Shown in pieces: positions 48,803-61,860 of a stretch of DNA of 64,000 nt. Source of the stretch: Tubulanus polymorphus (Eukaryota > Animalia > Nemertea). Made by a program: the position numbers and the translations under genes. The stretch's first letter is position 1. Each line of letters opens with the position of its first letter. Below the pieces are notes generated by a model. That model saw only the letters and a list, made by a program, of their open reading frames with translations, did no database searches and had not been told where the DNA came from. The stretch covers positions 9,713,859 through 9,777,858 of the forward strand of contig NC_134036.1 in NCBI RefSeq assembly GCF_964204645.1, in the 5' to 3' direction.

Positions 48803-49377
48803 CTGAAAAAAATTGATTAAATAATATTGTATTATATATGACAGAAGAAAAATTAACAATGAGTCACAGCGACAATTGGTGTTGGCTCTTCATTAAATAT
48901 TTCCTTGAGTGGGATGTTTTTGGGGCTTATATAGTTCTTTAATAAGTTCTAAGGAAGTATCATCACACTCATCATTCCTCCTTGTGGTTAACTGTTTCAA
49001 TTTCTTAATAGGTACATATGATGTCATTGCCCCAGAACAAGAAATGGGAACATGAGGGGTTACCCTTCCTCCAATGAGATTTCTTGTTTAAGAATTAAAT
49101 CTCAGGAGATGCATTCATTGAACAGGGCTTGAAATTCAAATTGTGCCCGCAGAATATTAAACATCTCTAATTTTGCCTCGAGACCACATGTCTAGGGTCC
49201 GGGGAATAACTGTTTTATATAGTCCATGGGTTTTCCATCAATACAAAGGACTATAAAGTACATGAATTTCGAGGCGAGTGTTTGGAAAGAAAAGAAAAAC
49301 TTCTCCAATGTCTTTTAACTTTTAATTACTTGCTGAGCCAGTTACATGCTGGTCAATAAAGAAGATTATTGACCGCT

Positions 49378-50566
49378 CATCCAGGCAATAACTGATGTGA
49401 TATTGACCATTAAACTAGGGGTCCAGGGACACCATGCCCACTTGGGAAGTGGTTTCAAATGCTCAACAATCTAACAATTTCAATATTCAACGCCCCCTAG
49501 TGACCATACACAAAAACCAATGACCTTGAAACCCACCACAATCACAGAACATATGAGCAACTACAATTTTGTAATTGATTGTGATAACAAAATATGCCTC
49601 GTTACCAATTTAATATGGGAATACATAGTTACTTTACTATTCAACGCCCCCTGGTGCCCATATGCAAAACCCAAAGACCTTGAAACTCACCACAATCACA
49701 GAACATGTCATGAACTACAACTTTGCAATTGATCATGGTAACAAAATATGCCTAGGTACCAGTATAATAAGGAAATACTAAGTTATTCTACTATTCAACG
49801 CCCCCTGGTGGCCATATTGAATAACTAATGTCCTTAAAACTCACCACAATCATAGACGATGTCATGAGCTACAACTTTCCAATCGATTGTGGTAACAAAA
49901 TATGCATAGGTACAAATATAATATAGAAATACTAAGTTATTGTAATATTCAACGCCCCCTGGTGGCCATATACAAAAACCAATGACCTTGAAACTCACGA
50001 AAATCATAGAACACGTTATGGGCTACAACTTTCCAATTGATTGTAGTAACACAATATGCTTAGGTATCAATATAATGTGGAAAAACACTTTCCCACCTAC
50101 GAATGAGTACTGATGACACCAAGATGGCCGCCAATTGCGTCATAATTGGCTGATCAAAAATAACTGTCTCAGGTATAAAACATCCCTTTCCCAAGAATAC
50201 CCATCACAAATTGCAATGACAAATGGCATCCAGGCAATAACTGATGTGATATTGACCATTTAACTAGGGGTCCAGGGACACCATGCCCACTTGGGAAGTG
50301 GTTTCAAATGCTCAACAATCTAACAATTTCAATATTCAACGCCCCCTAGTGACCATATACTAAAACCAATGACCTTGAAACCCACCACAATCACAGAACA
50401 TATCAGCAGCTACAATTTTGTAATTGATTGTGATAACAAAATATGCCTCGTTACCAATTTAATATGGGAATACATAGTTACTTTACTATTCAACGCCCCC
50501 TGGTGCCCATATGCAAAACCCAAAGACCTTGAAACTCACCACAATCATAGAACATGTCATGAACTA
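49378..50566. repeat. 154-bp satellite carrying CTCF-like motifs, with a 340-bp duplication (49378-49717 / 50227-50566)
   Basis: CGCCCCCT(A/G)GTG at 49491, 49645, 49799, 49953, 50340 and 50494. Confidence 0.85.
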
Positions 50567-51659
50567 GTTTGGTGTCTAGATAATCTTATATTTATACGAA
50601 CAAGTGAATTATCAAAATAAATTGATTCCATTCATATCATATATTTCTATTTATTCAATCAATCGGGAGCCTAGTTCCATAGATGTGAGTTATGATTCGA
50701 CTAATTTTAACTCACAACCCTGCAACAGGATTCACCAATAATTGCTTAAGAGGATCATTTGTATTTTTGAGGATGACAGATGTTCAAGTGGGCTTGCTGT
50801 AAGCTGAAGTTATATACTGGTACATTAGAAATAATTCATGTATTTTTCTGTTTCGGTTTTCATTCGGGATTCGAACCTTGCACATACATACACCCTGGGG
50901 GTTATCAAAGTTTATTATTTCATATTCGTGTTCGGGATGCTATAACATTTTTACGCGACAAACAATAAACCAGTGACACTAACATTATCAAGGTTGGCTT
51001 GATATACGATCAGTAATTTTCGGGATTCGAACCAAATAGCGCCGCTTAAAAGAAAGATGAACCGGCGACAATAAGATCAATATTTTACGGGATTCGAACC
51101 TAATAGAAACTGCGAAGAAACTACAGCGACTTATAGGCCTAGTCATTAAAGTTCACATGTAGTGACGCATGCGCACTCAGCCGATTTCATGACTTGAAGA
51201 TGTATCTAGGGTAGATACATATATAAACCAAATTTCAAGGCACTACCTTGAAGCGTCTTCAAAACTTCCCAAAATAACTGGATTCCGTCTAATACATACG
51301 GACGGACGGACGATGGACGAAAAGTGAACGCAAAAGCCCGCTGGGGCTAAAAAATTCCTAAATGGCCTAAAAACCTACCTGTGCGGAAGTGGTGTAGATG
51401 TCATTTTCAAACCTAGAAACAGAAAATGAGGGGTTTAGTGGTTGGCCGGGACATTAGACACTAATATTCTTTCTTAGGCCCCACTGAACAGAGTATCCGC
51501 TGTCCAGTGAAATAAAGTAGGCCATAAATGGAGGGCAACAGCTATGGTTATGGGAGTCGGGTTAGCGCATGTGCAAAGCAGTAGAATTCTGACTCTTTAC
51601 CGGTTTACCCACTGAGCCACAGGGGTCCTACTTATTACCGAGATGACGCAATTTACCGA

Positions 51660-52604
51660 GATGACCAACTTGAAAAAGGTCCACATCCAGCAACTTGGAA
51701 GGCACTGGCTGAAGCAACACTAACAAGAGTGTTAGTATTCAACAAACGAAGAAGTGGTGAAATTGGACTTTTGAAGAAAGACGTCTACGAAGGGAACAAG
51801 AATTGGAGACAATCAATGAATGATGACATTACAGGGAGCTTATCTGACATAGAAAAAAACTAATAGATCAGTAAGTTATCGTACTTAATACATTGCTTTA
51901 GAACATAATGCTAAGAAATATCTTAAATTCCATATTATTTTCAGATTGGAACTAGTTGAAACCCAGGGCAAGCAGAACAAACGTGTATATATCCTTTTAA
52001 CTCAAGAAATGAAAGCCGCAATTGAAATACTTAACAAGACAAGGCACGAATGCTCGATTCTTGAAACTAACCCATACGTATTTGCTAATTTCAAAGAAAA
52101 AAGCATCAATGTATGGCAGACTCTGCAGAACGTAGCTCATGCAGCTGGGTGTGATAATCCAAAGCTAATCACTTCAAGTCGATTAAGAAAATATGTTACC
52201 ACTGTGACTCAGGTATGAAGGAAGTCTAATTCATCTAACCACAGATAACATGCCCATGATCTAACATTTCATCTATTGATTAAAGATGGGTTAAAATCTC
52301 AATATCAATATGAATATTCACCTGTTCATGAATTTCGCGCAAAATAAAACAAGGGTATATTTTAAAAGTATGTTTAGGCTACTTAGGCCTATTTGTTTCT
52401 ATGTTTAGGTTCTGCACCTTGAAGATATTCAGCTTGAGTGGCTTTCACGTCATCTTGCACATGATTTGAACACCCATAAGAATCACTATAGGCGACATGA
52501 TGCTGCTGTAGAAGTTGCTAAAATTGGAAAACTGATGATAGCTGCTGATGCGGGAAAACTTGCAAATTACAAAGGAAAGTCTCTCGATGAAATAGACATA
52601 ACAG
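51660..52604 (+). pseudogene. Intron-containing tyrosine recombinase (Crypton-like), partial and frameshifted
   Basis: Exons ~51660-51870, 51945-52212 and 52409-52604 with GT-AG introns; FNKRRSGE, QGKQNKRV, SSRLRKY and LAHDLNTHKNHY motifs; 1-bp slip in the A-run near 51855. Confidence 0.75.
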
Positions 52605-52995
52605 GTAAATCACTCGACGCAAACATTCTGTTAGACCCATATATTTGCAAGTTAAAGTTTAAATTTGCGCAAGACTGGGGACACATTATCCCCCGGCAGA
52701 GATTCGAACTTGATGGCATTGAGATTGCCACTGCCACACTAGACCTAGTGCGCAGCTACACGCGCAGCTTAGATGAAGTCATTATCAGCCAATCAGATAT
52801 CCCGTTTTTATTTTAGCCTAGGTTTTCCCTTATATAGTTATAACAGGGCTGCCAAATGCTCCCAGTGACAAATTGAATTCTTTTCAGTAACATTTCAATG
52901 AAATAAGAAAAAGAAAATGTTCAAATTTATCAATTTTCAACAGTAAGACCCTCAGTAACATCATTCATATTTCTCTCAAACACATCAAACACATC

Positions 52996-53151
52996 AAATC
53001 CTCCATTTTGTGAAATTTCTTGGATTTGAACATTGTTACCATGCCTACGCCACCCTGATTTAGTTGTTGAGACCCCACAAGAAAAATAACTTCATTTCGT
53101 AGGCATGGTGACAATGTAAAAATTCAAGAAATTTCACAAAATGGTGGATTT
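52996..53151. repeat. Small foldback (MITE-like) element
   Basis: ~54-bp imperfect inverted arms at 52996-53049 and 53098-53151. Confidence 0.65.
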
Positions 53152-53811
53152 TCTCTCTCATTCAACTGGACTTAAGGAGTCTTTTTGCCAATCCATCTAA
53201 TTGGTACAGAACTGGAAATATATCGGATATTCAGTTGTTGTCCGCGATTTTTGGCATTCTGTTAACACATAAATGAGGTATGTACCCCAAAAAGTAAGCA
53301 AAATATCCCAGAAAAACAGGTCTCATCCATTAATAAATAGACATTAGTAAGTGTCAGATTAAAAAATTGTGACAATCTTGAGACAAATCCAGGCTAAAAT
53401 GTACCTACTAGTGGAGATATCATGAAATAAACCACTGTACTCAATTGCTGATGGCATTTAGACTCTGAAACAGTGATATTTAATGTAGGCCTAATTGATT
53501 GAACTATATACATACAAGAGGTTTGGATCTGCACTTTTACCAGGAGACCGCGTGTAGCATCGTTATGAAATAATGTGTAAATTGGTCGATGTTTCGCGTC
53601 CGGTTATTCATTTTAACCCTTCTGGTTGAATTGTATTTTTGTGATTATTTTGTATACCTTTCGGAGTGCGGGGTTCGAACCCTTCTAACTCTATTTTTTC
53701 CTAGAACATATTTCTCTGTGATGTATAGCATTTATTTACCGTTTTTATCATTAGCTTTTGTGTTGTTTCTTTCTCGTGTCCGCCGCGACCTTTTTGTAGC
53801 CGGCGTGCGGT

Positions 53812-55740
53812 TAGACTGGTTGCCGGTCTCTACCTATTCTGACTGCGAATGCAGATGGCGTAGTCTGGTTGCCTGTCCAATTCTTGTCAGAATAGGACAG
53901 GTTGAGCCCATCCGCCATCTTCCGTGGAATATACGGATCCAATCAGATTTCAGTATTTCATCACGTGAACAATGTAACATGGCCGCCTACAGAGTCTCTC
54001 GATTTACGTTCCATGGACCGATTTAAAGTCGTTTTTTATATCAATGAAGAAAGAAATTCCATTAAAACTGCCAGGTAACGCTTCTGCAACCACTTGTTTA
54101 GCATGTGGTACCGAAAATGTCGGTATTCAATTCAGGATGGCTGCGTTACAGTGCCGTAAAAACCTACCGGTCGTCAATCGGCAATTTGGACTGAAACAAT
54201 ACATACAATACTGCTACAATAGTACTACTAAAAGACATACTGAACCAGCCATGCAGCACAGGCTGCGGCAATTTGTTTGTTCACTCGAGGCGATTGATAG
54301 ATTGTTCTGAATGTGACATTGGACATCAGCAGTTGATCCAGTGAAAATATTAACATCCAGGTAACTTCACTTACTTACTTCTTCGTTCAAAACAATTGTA
54401 AAAATATGATCATTGAATAGACTAAAGTGCTATTTCACAAATACTTTATTGATTGTCTATTGTAGATTGTTGTGAGCGTTTTAGTAATGATTTTGTGAGT
54501 TGCAATTTGTAGGATGTTTTTAAGAAATGGAAGTAATACGTATCAAATTAGCTCAACATGTACAGAATAGATTGCGATGCATCATCAAGGTAAGTCTGAA
54601 CAATGGATTCTGAACCATTAATTGAAAAGTCAATCCAGGTTTAATTGTAAGTGATATGTATTTTAATTTCAGAAAGATAACATCATGCAGTAATCAAATA
54701 GAAGTGATGAGGTTTAAAGAGCTGGATTCTGTGAATAACTGCACTAGCGTTGCGAGCCTTCAATTTGAATTGTGATTGGATTTACTGTCTGGTCCAGTCA
54801 AGACTTACTTGGTCAAAAGACACTATAATTCAAATCTGGGATATCAGGATTGTCACAATTTGTCGAAGAAAACAAAACTGCTGTTTTATGTCATGAAATA
54901 TGTAGAGTGTCATTGCTTATTCTCTTGTCAGGGGCTGAACAAGATTTTGTACCAGAAGTGAACAATAAATATCAAATTCAGTGAAAAAGAGTTTGTCGTG
55001 ATGAATTTTATAATTGATTTCCAGCAAAGTCAACACTGACATTGTGAGGTCCATGAACAGAGGAGGATATTGCGAATTTCCAGTGTGATCTGAATAACTT
55101 GTCTTGACCAAGTCTCTTAATTTGACTGTCCCAACTTGCTGTCTGTATCAGGAAATCAGTAGGCTGAGGTGGATCCAAACGTATCCAATCTCACAAAGCA
55201 CTAAGGAGTTCAACAATTGTAAACTTTATTCAGATACTAAATATAGTAATTTTACAACACTGTATTAAAACAACATAAATTCACTACTAAATGCATCTCA
55301 CGAACTGTAGATATAGAAAGGATGTCCCCTGTTCCTTCAGAATGTTCTGTATTCAGTGACTGTCGAGGCTGAGCTTAGATTTCGATCCTTGTTAGTTTCT
55401 GTTCCGAGTAGTAGGAAAAGTTATCAGACACTTACAGCAATTAATGCCTCTCCGTCCATTGTAAAGTTTCCTTTTGTTTGTTGATTACATTGATGATTCG
55501 TTGATTATCAGATGCTATTGTAATCATTCATACCAGGGCTATTTTGATATCGCTCGAAGCTAAGCAGATTCGAAGAGACGCCATCTTAACCAGGAAGTAA
55601 CTTGCTTCTTTACATGTTTGACCTTATTTGACATGCATCGAAAATGTAAAATGGAGGATGGGATCAACCGGTCTCTTACTGACAGTAGAGACCGGTAACC
55701 AGTCTACAGATGGTGCAGAATTGGACAGGCAACCAGTCTA
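53812..55740. mobile_element. Nested pair of TAG-terminated non-autonomous DNA transposons with 9-bp TSDs (AcademH-like)
   Basis: Outer 53812-55740 has TSD GCG(T/C)GCGGT. Inner 53861-55706 has TSD CAGATGG(C/T)G. TIRs begin TAG(A/T)CTGGTT. Confidence 0.75.
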
Positions 55741-55749
55741 GCGCGCGGT

Positions 55750-56330
55750 TGCCCGGCTCCGCCCTCATTGTCGCTGGAACTCAGCCAACCACGAAGTCAC
55801 CAGGCACGCGTGACCAATCACGCGTGTCCGAGCTTTGTTCCAGCCAATGAGAGCGCGGGGGGACAATCGCGCTCTATAAGCAGCGCTCTATCGAGCAGCG
55901 CGCGAGATTGAACAACAAATCGTTCATTCGGACTGTCCGGCCTACTTCAAGCGCCGCCAGAGTAGAACGCGAAGTCGATCAGTTACGCTTTCCAGTTTTA
56001 AGTAAAAAATGTAAGAACCGTTGTCCGCGTGTCCCCTCTGGACACCCGGACCGCGTATGCTCGCCTTGTGATAGCACATGTAAATAGGTTATTTGCCGCC
56101 CGGACATTGTCCCCGGGTTCATTGCGTATTGTTGTCCGGCCTGCGGTCGACGTTGTCCCCGGCGGACATGGTTGTCCCCGGAACCCGCGTATTCGTTGTC
56201 CGGGAGCGTAGTGTAAATAGTTAAGATGTAGAACGACCGTGATCATATAATAATAATGTATATATTTAGAAATTATCGCGAGGTACAACACCGGATTTAA
56301 TCTGTCTGCAAAATAAATCTACATACAGTT
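55750..56330 (+). mobile_element. Probable solo-LTR fragment
   Basis: CCAAT boxes (~55814, ~55844), TATAA (~55875) and AATAAA (~56312) in LTR order; ends and TSD not resolved. Confidence 0.35.
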
Positions 56331-59308
56331 ACTATTCCAAATTAAGAATGCCGTTTTGAGTTTTCGTGGACGTTTGGAGTGAGGAAGAGAGTCAGAGTAA
56401 ACTAGCCTAACTTTTAGGGCACGAGGAATCCGGTCAGCTGAGGAGAGGCCCGACATTTTTCGGCCGGCAGGGTTCCAGCTGAATTACTCGCCTCCGAGAG
56501 GAGGACGAGCGGACCCGGACGTACCCACCAATTACGGTGAAGAGGCACGAAGAGATAGGGGACGCCCCAAGTGGATCCGGGCCGTGTGAGGCCCAAGTTC
56601 GGCGGAGGCGGGACAAGTCAGCTGCAGGAGTTGCTTGTCCCCCGCGAAATCCAAATATTACAGAGAGGCTATTTTGGTTGCCGTCTCCACGGAATCCGTT
56701 ACACTTGGTAGGGCCCTACATGTACTGTAGACTTTGTCGAATCTCTTAGTGCTGGCCGTTGTGGTAGTTCACAAGCAGGGTAGCATAGAGCTGGGCCCAG
56801 AACCTTTGGCGGTAGGCTCCTAGCCACACGTGATAACGTTCAGTTAGCAGTACTAGAGGCTAGGCCTAGGCTATATCGAAAGCGGAAGTTCTTCGCGCCG
56901 CAAAAACATTCAATTCAAATTCAAATTTAAATTACTTTATTGCAACTTAATATTACAGAGTGCTCGCGGTTGACACTTGAAGTTTAGCTAATATAACAGA
57001 CCATGATAAAATGTACAAAAGGAAATGCATTTTATAACCGCATGATTGATGGTAGCTCTGAGCGCTGCAGGGAAATTTTTATGACTAAAAGTGCAAATCA
57101 TTCAGCGCCGGCCTCCACCAGGGCATTGTTCGTACCTAATACCATGCGATATGCGACACGATACGCCGGGATGGATCCAGGGTCAAAGCAGGTTTCATTC
57201 TAGAATAAGGGCTTTTTTCCACGGCTGTACGGCGTTTCGCTTCGATTGTCAATAGCGATTATTGATCCACGGCGGGGTCACGTGACCATCGCGCGTATGC
57301 TCCAAATGCTTAAGTACGCGATCTAACGGTTTTTCCTAGCTCCCTTAGTGTGCTTAAACGAACGAGGTTGACTTGATGCAATCCCCTGTAGCAGGTTCTT
57401 GAGTATATAGATTAGTTCGTAAGGGTATTAAACGCCATTTACCTGCGACTCTTTTGTTGCCGGACCGCTTCAAAGTGGAGAGAAAATTTAACGACTCGGG
57501 CGATACAAGTCTTGGGTACGATACTTTATATATCGAAAATATAGTACGATGGATCGTTTATAATTTTCGTCTATGAACTATATGAGCTTTTTAGCTTTCG
57601 TTTGATGTATAAAACGTCGGCCTTCCCTATCGATGATGGGAGAACAAGTGGAGCTCAACCCGACTCGGCCGTGGCGTAGGCTATGGCTAATTATTTAGGC
57701 CACTCGAGATGCGAGCTCGTCGCATTAGGCTATTTACCTGTTTACAATCCAGCACACTTCTTCACTTTCCGGATCGACCACAATACCAAAAGGCCTATTC
57801 AAACTATTACTAAGTACTGTGGTCACTCATTGGGCCAGTATTATTTTTTCAAATCTAGGCCAGGCCTCTTATGTCTAATAAGTAGGGTTTTCGGTATTAT
57901 TTTCAGTTTCTTTTTTATTGCTATTACGCATGTCGGTAGGCTGGTGGATGAATGGCCTTGGGTGTTTGAATTCGAACCCTTAAGCTCGACATCTTTCCAC
58001 TTTGGTAAGTAGGGCTAAGCTTCCTAATCAGAAATTGTCTATAAAATGCACAACTACCCTATGATTTTTGGAATATTTTCAGTTTTCTCGTTGGAAATAA
58101 TTTGGAGTTCGAATTCAGCCCCTTACTCAAAATTTTGTTGTCGCTCCAGTTAGTATTCCTAATCAGAAATTGTCTATAAAGCACACAACTAGGCCTACTA
58201 CATGGAGTTGATATATATTTTCAGTTTTCTCGTCGGTCTACTTCAACTCTCACTGTTTGAATTCAGACAGTTGCAGTTGCAGACATTTTGTCGTCGCTCG
58301 GTAAGTATTCTATTACTAATCAGAAATCAGAAATTGTCTAAAAATGCCAAGCTGCATGAAGCTGATTTTTCCAAATATATTTTCAGTTTTCTTGTCGACT
58401 TCTACAACTTCAAAATGTCACAACACTCTGGTAAGTTGAGCAACAACAAAATTAATTTTTTAGTTCATATGGATGAAATTGAAAGATCTTTAAAAACATT
58501 GCTATTTCTATTTTTCAGGTGGATCGCTTGGTTCAAAAGTTGGCGCTGGCGGGAAAAAACGACGGTTCGGCCAAAAAAGAAGAAACTGTGAGTCTAAATT
58601 TCATGAAAAACTCTTGTTGACTTTTTGATACTAATAAAGAATTCCTTAAGATATTCATTGTTCCTTTAATTCATTCATTGCATTTTATTTCTGCGAATGG
58701 TTTCTGGTTCGTGTTTCACATGATTGATCATGCATTTGTAAGTTCTAGATTTTCAGTAACCTTGAATTTGTTATTCAATCCAGAAAGCTTACTCTTATAA
58801 AAAGATACATGTCTTATTCAAATTTTGGAATACTCTGTTCCAGTTCATGGGAATCCAGGATGAAGTCATAATTTTAGGGATTAGAAAATCCATATCGGGG
58901 TTGTAGTCACGTAGTGATATTTTTTGGGAAAATAGATTGAATAAATAAAACCTTGAATATCCTGGGCCCGGTTTCATAGACTGAGTACCAAATAATCCTC
59001 AATCGGTGTGACAACCACCATAGTGAAAATGAGAAACCATGGTTATAACTGACAATTTTCTAAATGTTCCGAAACTATTTTGCTTCCACACATCTCTGAA
59101 ACCCAGCCCTGGTGTAGAAATGAACTCAAATAAAATCACAAACAGATCAAGCTTCAAATGATTAATAACAAATGTCATACATGTACTGAATTTCATCAAT
59201 TATGACGATTTATTTCACTGAGATATAGTTAGATATAGAAAAACTTGCACTTAATTGTGACGTAGTAAAATACATTTGATTATTAATCAATTACTCTAGA
59301 ATTATGAA

Positions 59309-61834
59309 TTGTTTTGCCTCTATCTTCTTCACTCTTACTCATCTTCAACTTCAATTTGCCTAGGTAAAAAAAAACTGGAGTTCATAAATTCTCCACCCCA
59401 TAAAGATGAGTCAACTTTGACAGAGCCATGCTTAGATACTATAAGCATTACAACTGACGAAGAATCAAATTTCTGGCAAAAGTCTGACTCAACAAGAATC
59501 ATTGAATTGGAAAATGAAGTTTCAACTTTGAGAAATCAAATAACAGAAAAAGACAAAATAATCAATCAGCAAAATATAACTATTTCTTCATTACAATCTC
59601 AATTAAAATCAAATGTACCAGTAATCCGTACCCCGTCAGTGTCAGCATCTAGAAACACGCTTAATAGTCGCGCAGATAAATTGAAAGATTTTGTTGAAGG
59701 AATATCATCACCAGAAAGTAACGTCCAAGATTCTGCTTGTACACTCGCCAAATTTTTCAAAAGGTATCCCACGGTATCGAATGCAGCCTTACGTGAAGCT
59801 GATATCAAACTGTTCCACATGCTCACCCCAAAACAGGCTGTTGACATTAAGTTGAGGCAACGAATGCCAATGATTCGTCTTCTTGATTTGAAGAGAGATT
59901 TAAAAAACTTTGACATTCCTGTATTTTCAACTGTGGCAGAAATTCGAACTGAAATAAAAAACAGAGAAATGTCATTTGCCCCTTATGTCATTGCGGGTGA
60001 AGAAATCCTAGAGATTAATTCCCGTACACACGAAAGAAAACTTGCGCCCTATGTAATCATAGATGATTTTCACGCACAAGCTCAAAGACATGCAGAACAT
60101 CTGCACAAAATTGGAAATCTTTTATTCCATCAAAACTTTCACGATGAAATATGGATTAAGACAGGAATTGATAAGGGGGGTGGGAGTACAAAAATGGTTT
60201 TTTCCATAGTTAATGGGCTATCACCCAATAGCCCCGATAGTTGTGAATTGGTCGGTTATTTTGAAGCAACTGATAATGCTGAAAACTTGAAGATGATTTT
60301 CGGGCCATTAAAAGAGGCATTAGAAACCCCATTCACAATTTTTCTAGATGGAAAAACAATACAAGCTCGAACTTTTTTCATCGGGGATCTTGCATATCAA
60401 AGCACAATGATGGGTCATCAGGGCTCAACAGCATCTTATCCATGTCTTAAGTGCATGGTGCCTCTTGATGATCTGAGAAAAAAAGATGGCACCTCTCATT
60501 CCGCGAACACTTATCAAAACCGTAGTATTAACCACTATATCGAAAGTTCTAAATTAATCGAGACGGCACCAACCATGATTGGCCCGTCATCGCACAGTAT
60601 TAGTGGTCCTATGCTGTATAGGCCACTTGATTTAGAACACTTAGTACCACCTCCTCTTCACATAACATTAGGAATCGGACTAAAAATCTATGATATGGTC
60701 GAAGACAAATGTAAAGATCTCGACCATTCAACATTAGGGAACAGAGACCCAGAACTGTACCATAAATGGAAAAGTGTATCAAACGTAGTCCAAAATCTTG
60801 TAAATGAATTGGAAGATTTGAAATTAATACTCGCACAAAATATCGAGACTATAGATGTATTGAAAAGAGCAGATCAGAGGCGACGTTCACCATTTCATTG
60901 TGGTGCCCCAATTTGTGTCATACAGGAAATAGAAAATGGAAATGTTAACAACTTTGAATACTGTACCTCTTGTGATTCACCGTACCACACTGACTGCATT
61001 TCGATTTATGGCACTGTGGAAGCGTTTAAGTGCATAAGGTGTCTCAAACCCAATAGTACAGGCCATAAGTTCTTGAAAAACCTCGAATCTGAAACTAATA
61101 AAATCAAATCTGACATAAAGGCAAAGAAAGATCAAATAAGACCTAGAAAATTAAAGCTAGATGAAATTTACAAAGAGGTTTGCTCAAAAATGGGTCCACT
61201 ACAGTCAGCGCTCAATGAAAAACTGCATGAAATTGGGATAGACAGACAGGCTTACCATTCACTTTCATTCAATGGTAACCATATCAACAAGCTGTTGAAC
61301 ATAAACCCTGATAAAGGAATAAATAATCCGGTTAAATTACTATCTGTACTATCAGATTACCCAGACATTCAGCTCATATACCAAGAATTATTTCAACGGT
61401 TCGCACAAATGTACAAACTGTATTCTGCATGTAGATTTTTATCAGATGAAGAAGTGGCAGATTTGGAAACCTTCTGTAAGGATTTCGGTGCTTGGTTTCC
61501 AAGAACTTTCCCGGAACAAACAATAACACCCAAAATGCATATGTTAATTTTTCATGTGCCTGAATTTGTCAATATCTGGCGTTCTCTAGGAATGTTCGGG
61601 GAACAGGGCTTGGAAAGCAAGCACGCTAGCATGAATAGGGATGTCCGTGTTTATTCATGCTTGAGAAATAAAGTTACACGAGCGAAACTGATGTTTATCA
61701 ACCAGGGTTTGTATAGTACTAAGTCCAAAACCGATGTCCGCGTTACACGAAAATGTTTTTGTGGAGGTTTCTACAAAAAAAATGGAGACACACGTTCTTG
61801 TAAATTATGTTTAAATATTGCAAACATACATTAG
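59309..61834 (+). CDS. RAG1/Transib-like DDE transposase with an inserted coiled coil and PHD finger (true start probably in an upstream exon; acceptor near 59363)
   Basis: GID288KGG, IGD360L..MGHQG..YPCLKC, PPPLHITLG, FNGNH, ITPKMH..HVP and EQGLE769S; C4HC3 finger at 60899-61042. Confidence 0.9.
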   Translation: MFCLYLLHSYSSSTSICLGKKKLEFINSPPHKDESTLTEPCLDTISITTDEESNFWQKSDSTRIIELENEVSTLRNQITEKDKIINQQNITISSLQSQLKSNVPVIRTPSVSASRNTLNSRADKLKDFVEGISSPESNVQDSACTLAKFFKRYPTVSNAALREADIKLFHMLTPKQAVDIKLRQRMPMIRLLDLKRDLKNFDIPVFSTVAEIRTEIKNREMSFAPYVIAGEEILEINSRTHERKLAPYVIIDDFHAQAQRHAEHLHKIGNLLFHQNFHDEIWIKTGIDKGGGSTKMVFSIVNGLSPNSPDSCELVGYFEATDNAENLKMIFGPLKEALETPFTIFLDGKTIQARTFFIGDLAYQSTMMGHQGSTASYPCLKCMVPLDDLRKKDGTSHSANTYQNRSINHYIESSKLIETAPTMIGPSSHSISGPMLYRPLDLEHLVPPPLHITLGIGLKIYDMVEDKCKDLDHSTLGNRDPELYHKWKSVSNVVQNLVNELEDLKLILAQNIETIDVLKRADQRRRSPFHCGAPICVIQEIENGNVNNFEYCTSCDSPYHTDCISIYGTVEAFKCIRCLKPNSTGHKFLKNLESETNKIKSDIKAKKDQIRPRKLKLDEIYKEVCSKMGPLQSALNEKLHEIGIDRQAYHSLSFNGNHINKLLNINPDKGINNPVKLLSVLSDYPDIQLIYQELFQRFAQMYKLYSACRFLSDEEVADLETFCKDFGAWFPRTFPEQTITPKMHMLIFHVPEFVNIWRSLGMFGEQGLESKHASMNRDVRVYSCLRNKVTRAKLMFINQGLYSTKSKTDVRVTRKCFCGGFYKKNGDTRSCKLCLNIANIH

Positions 61835-61860
61835 TCTTGCTTGTGTAACATGATTTACGG

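Noticed and set aside
59309-61834. Bona fide RAG1 or ProtoRAG
   Set aside because: No RAG2-like partner, no RSS heptamer/nonamer TIR, and a 4-bp rather than 5-bp TSD; D-x71-D spacing fits Chapaev.
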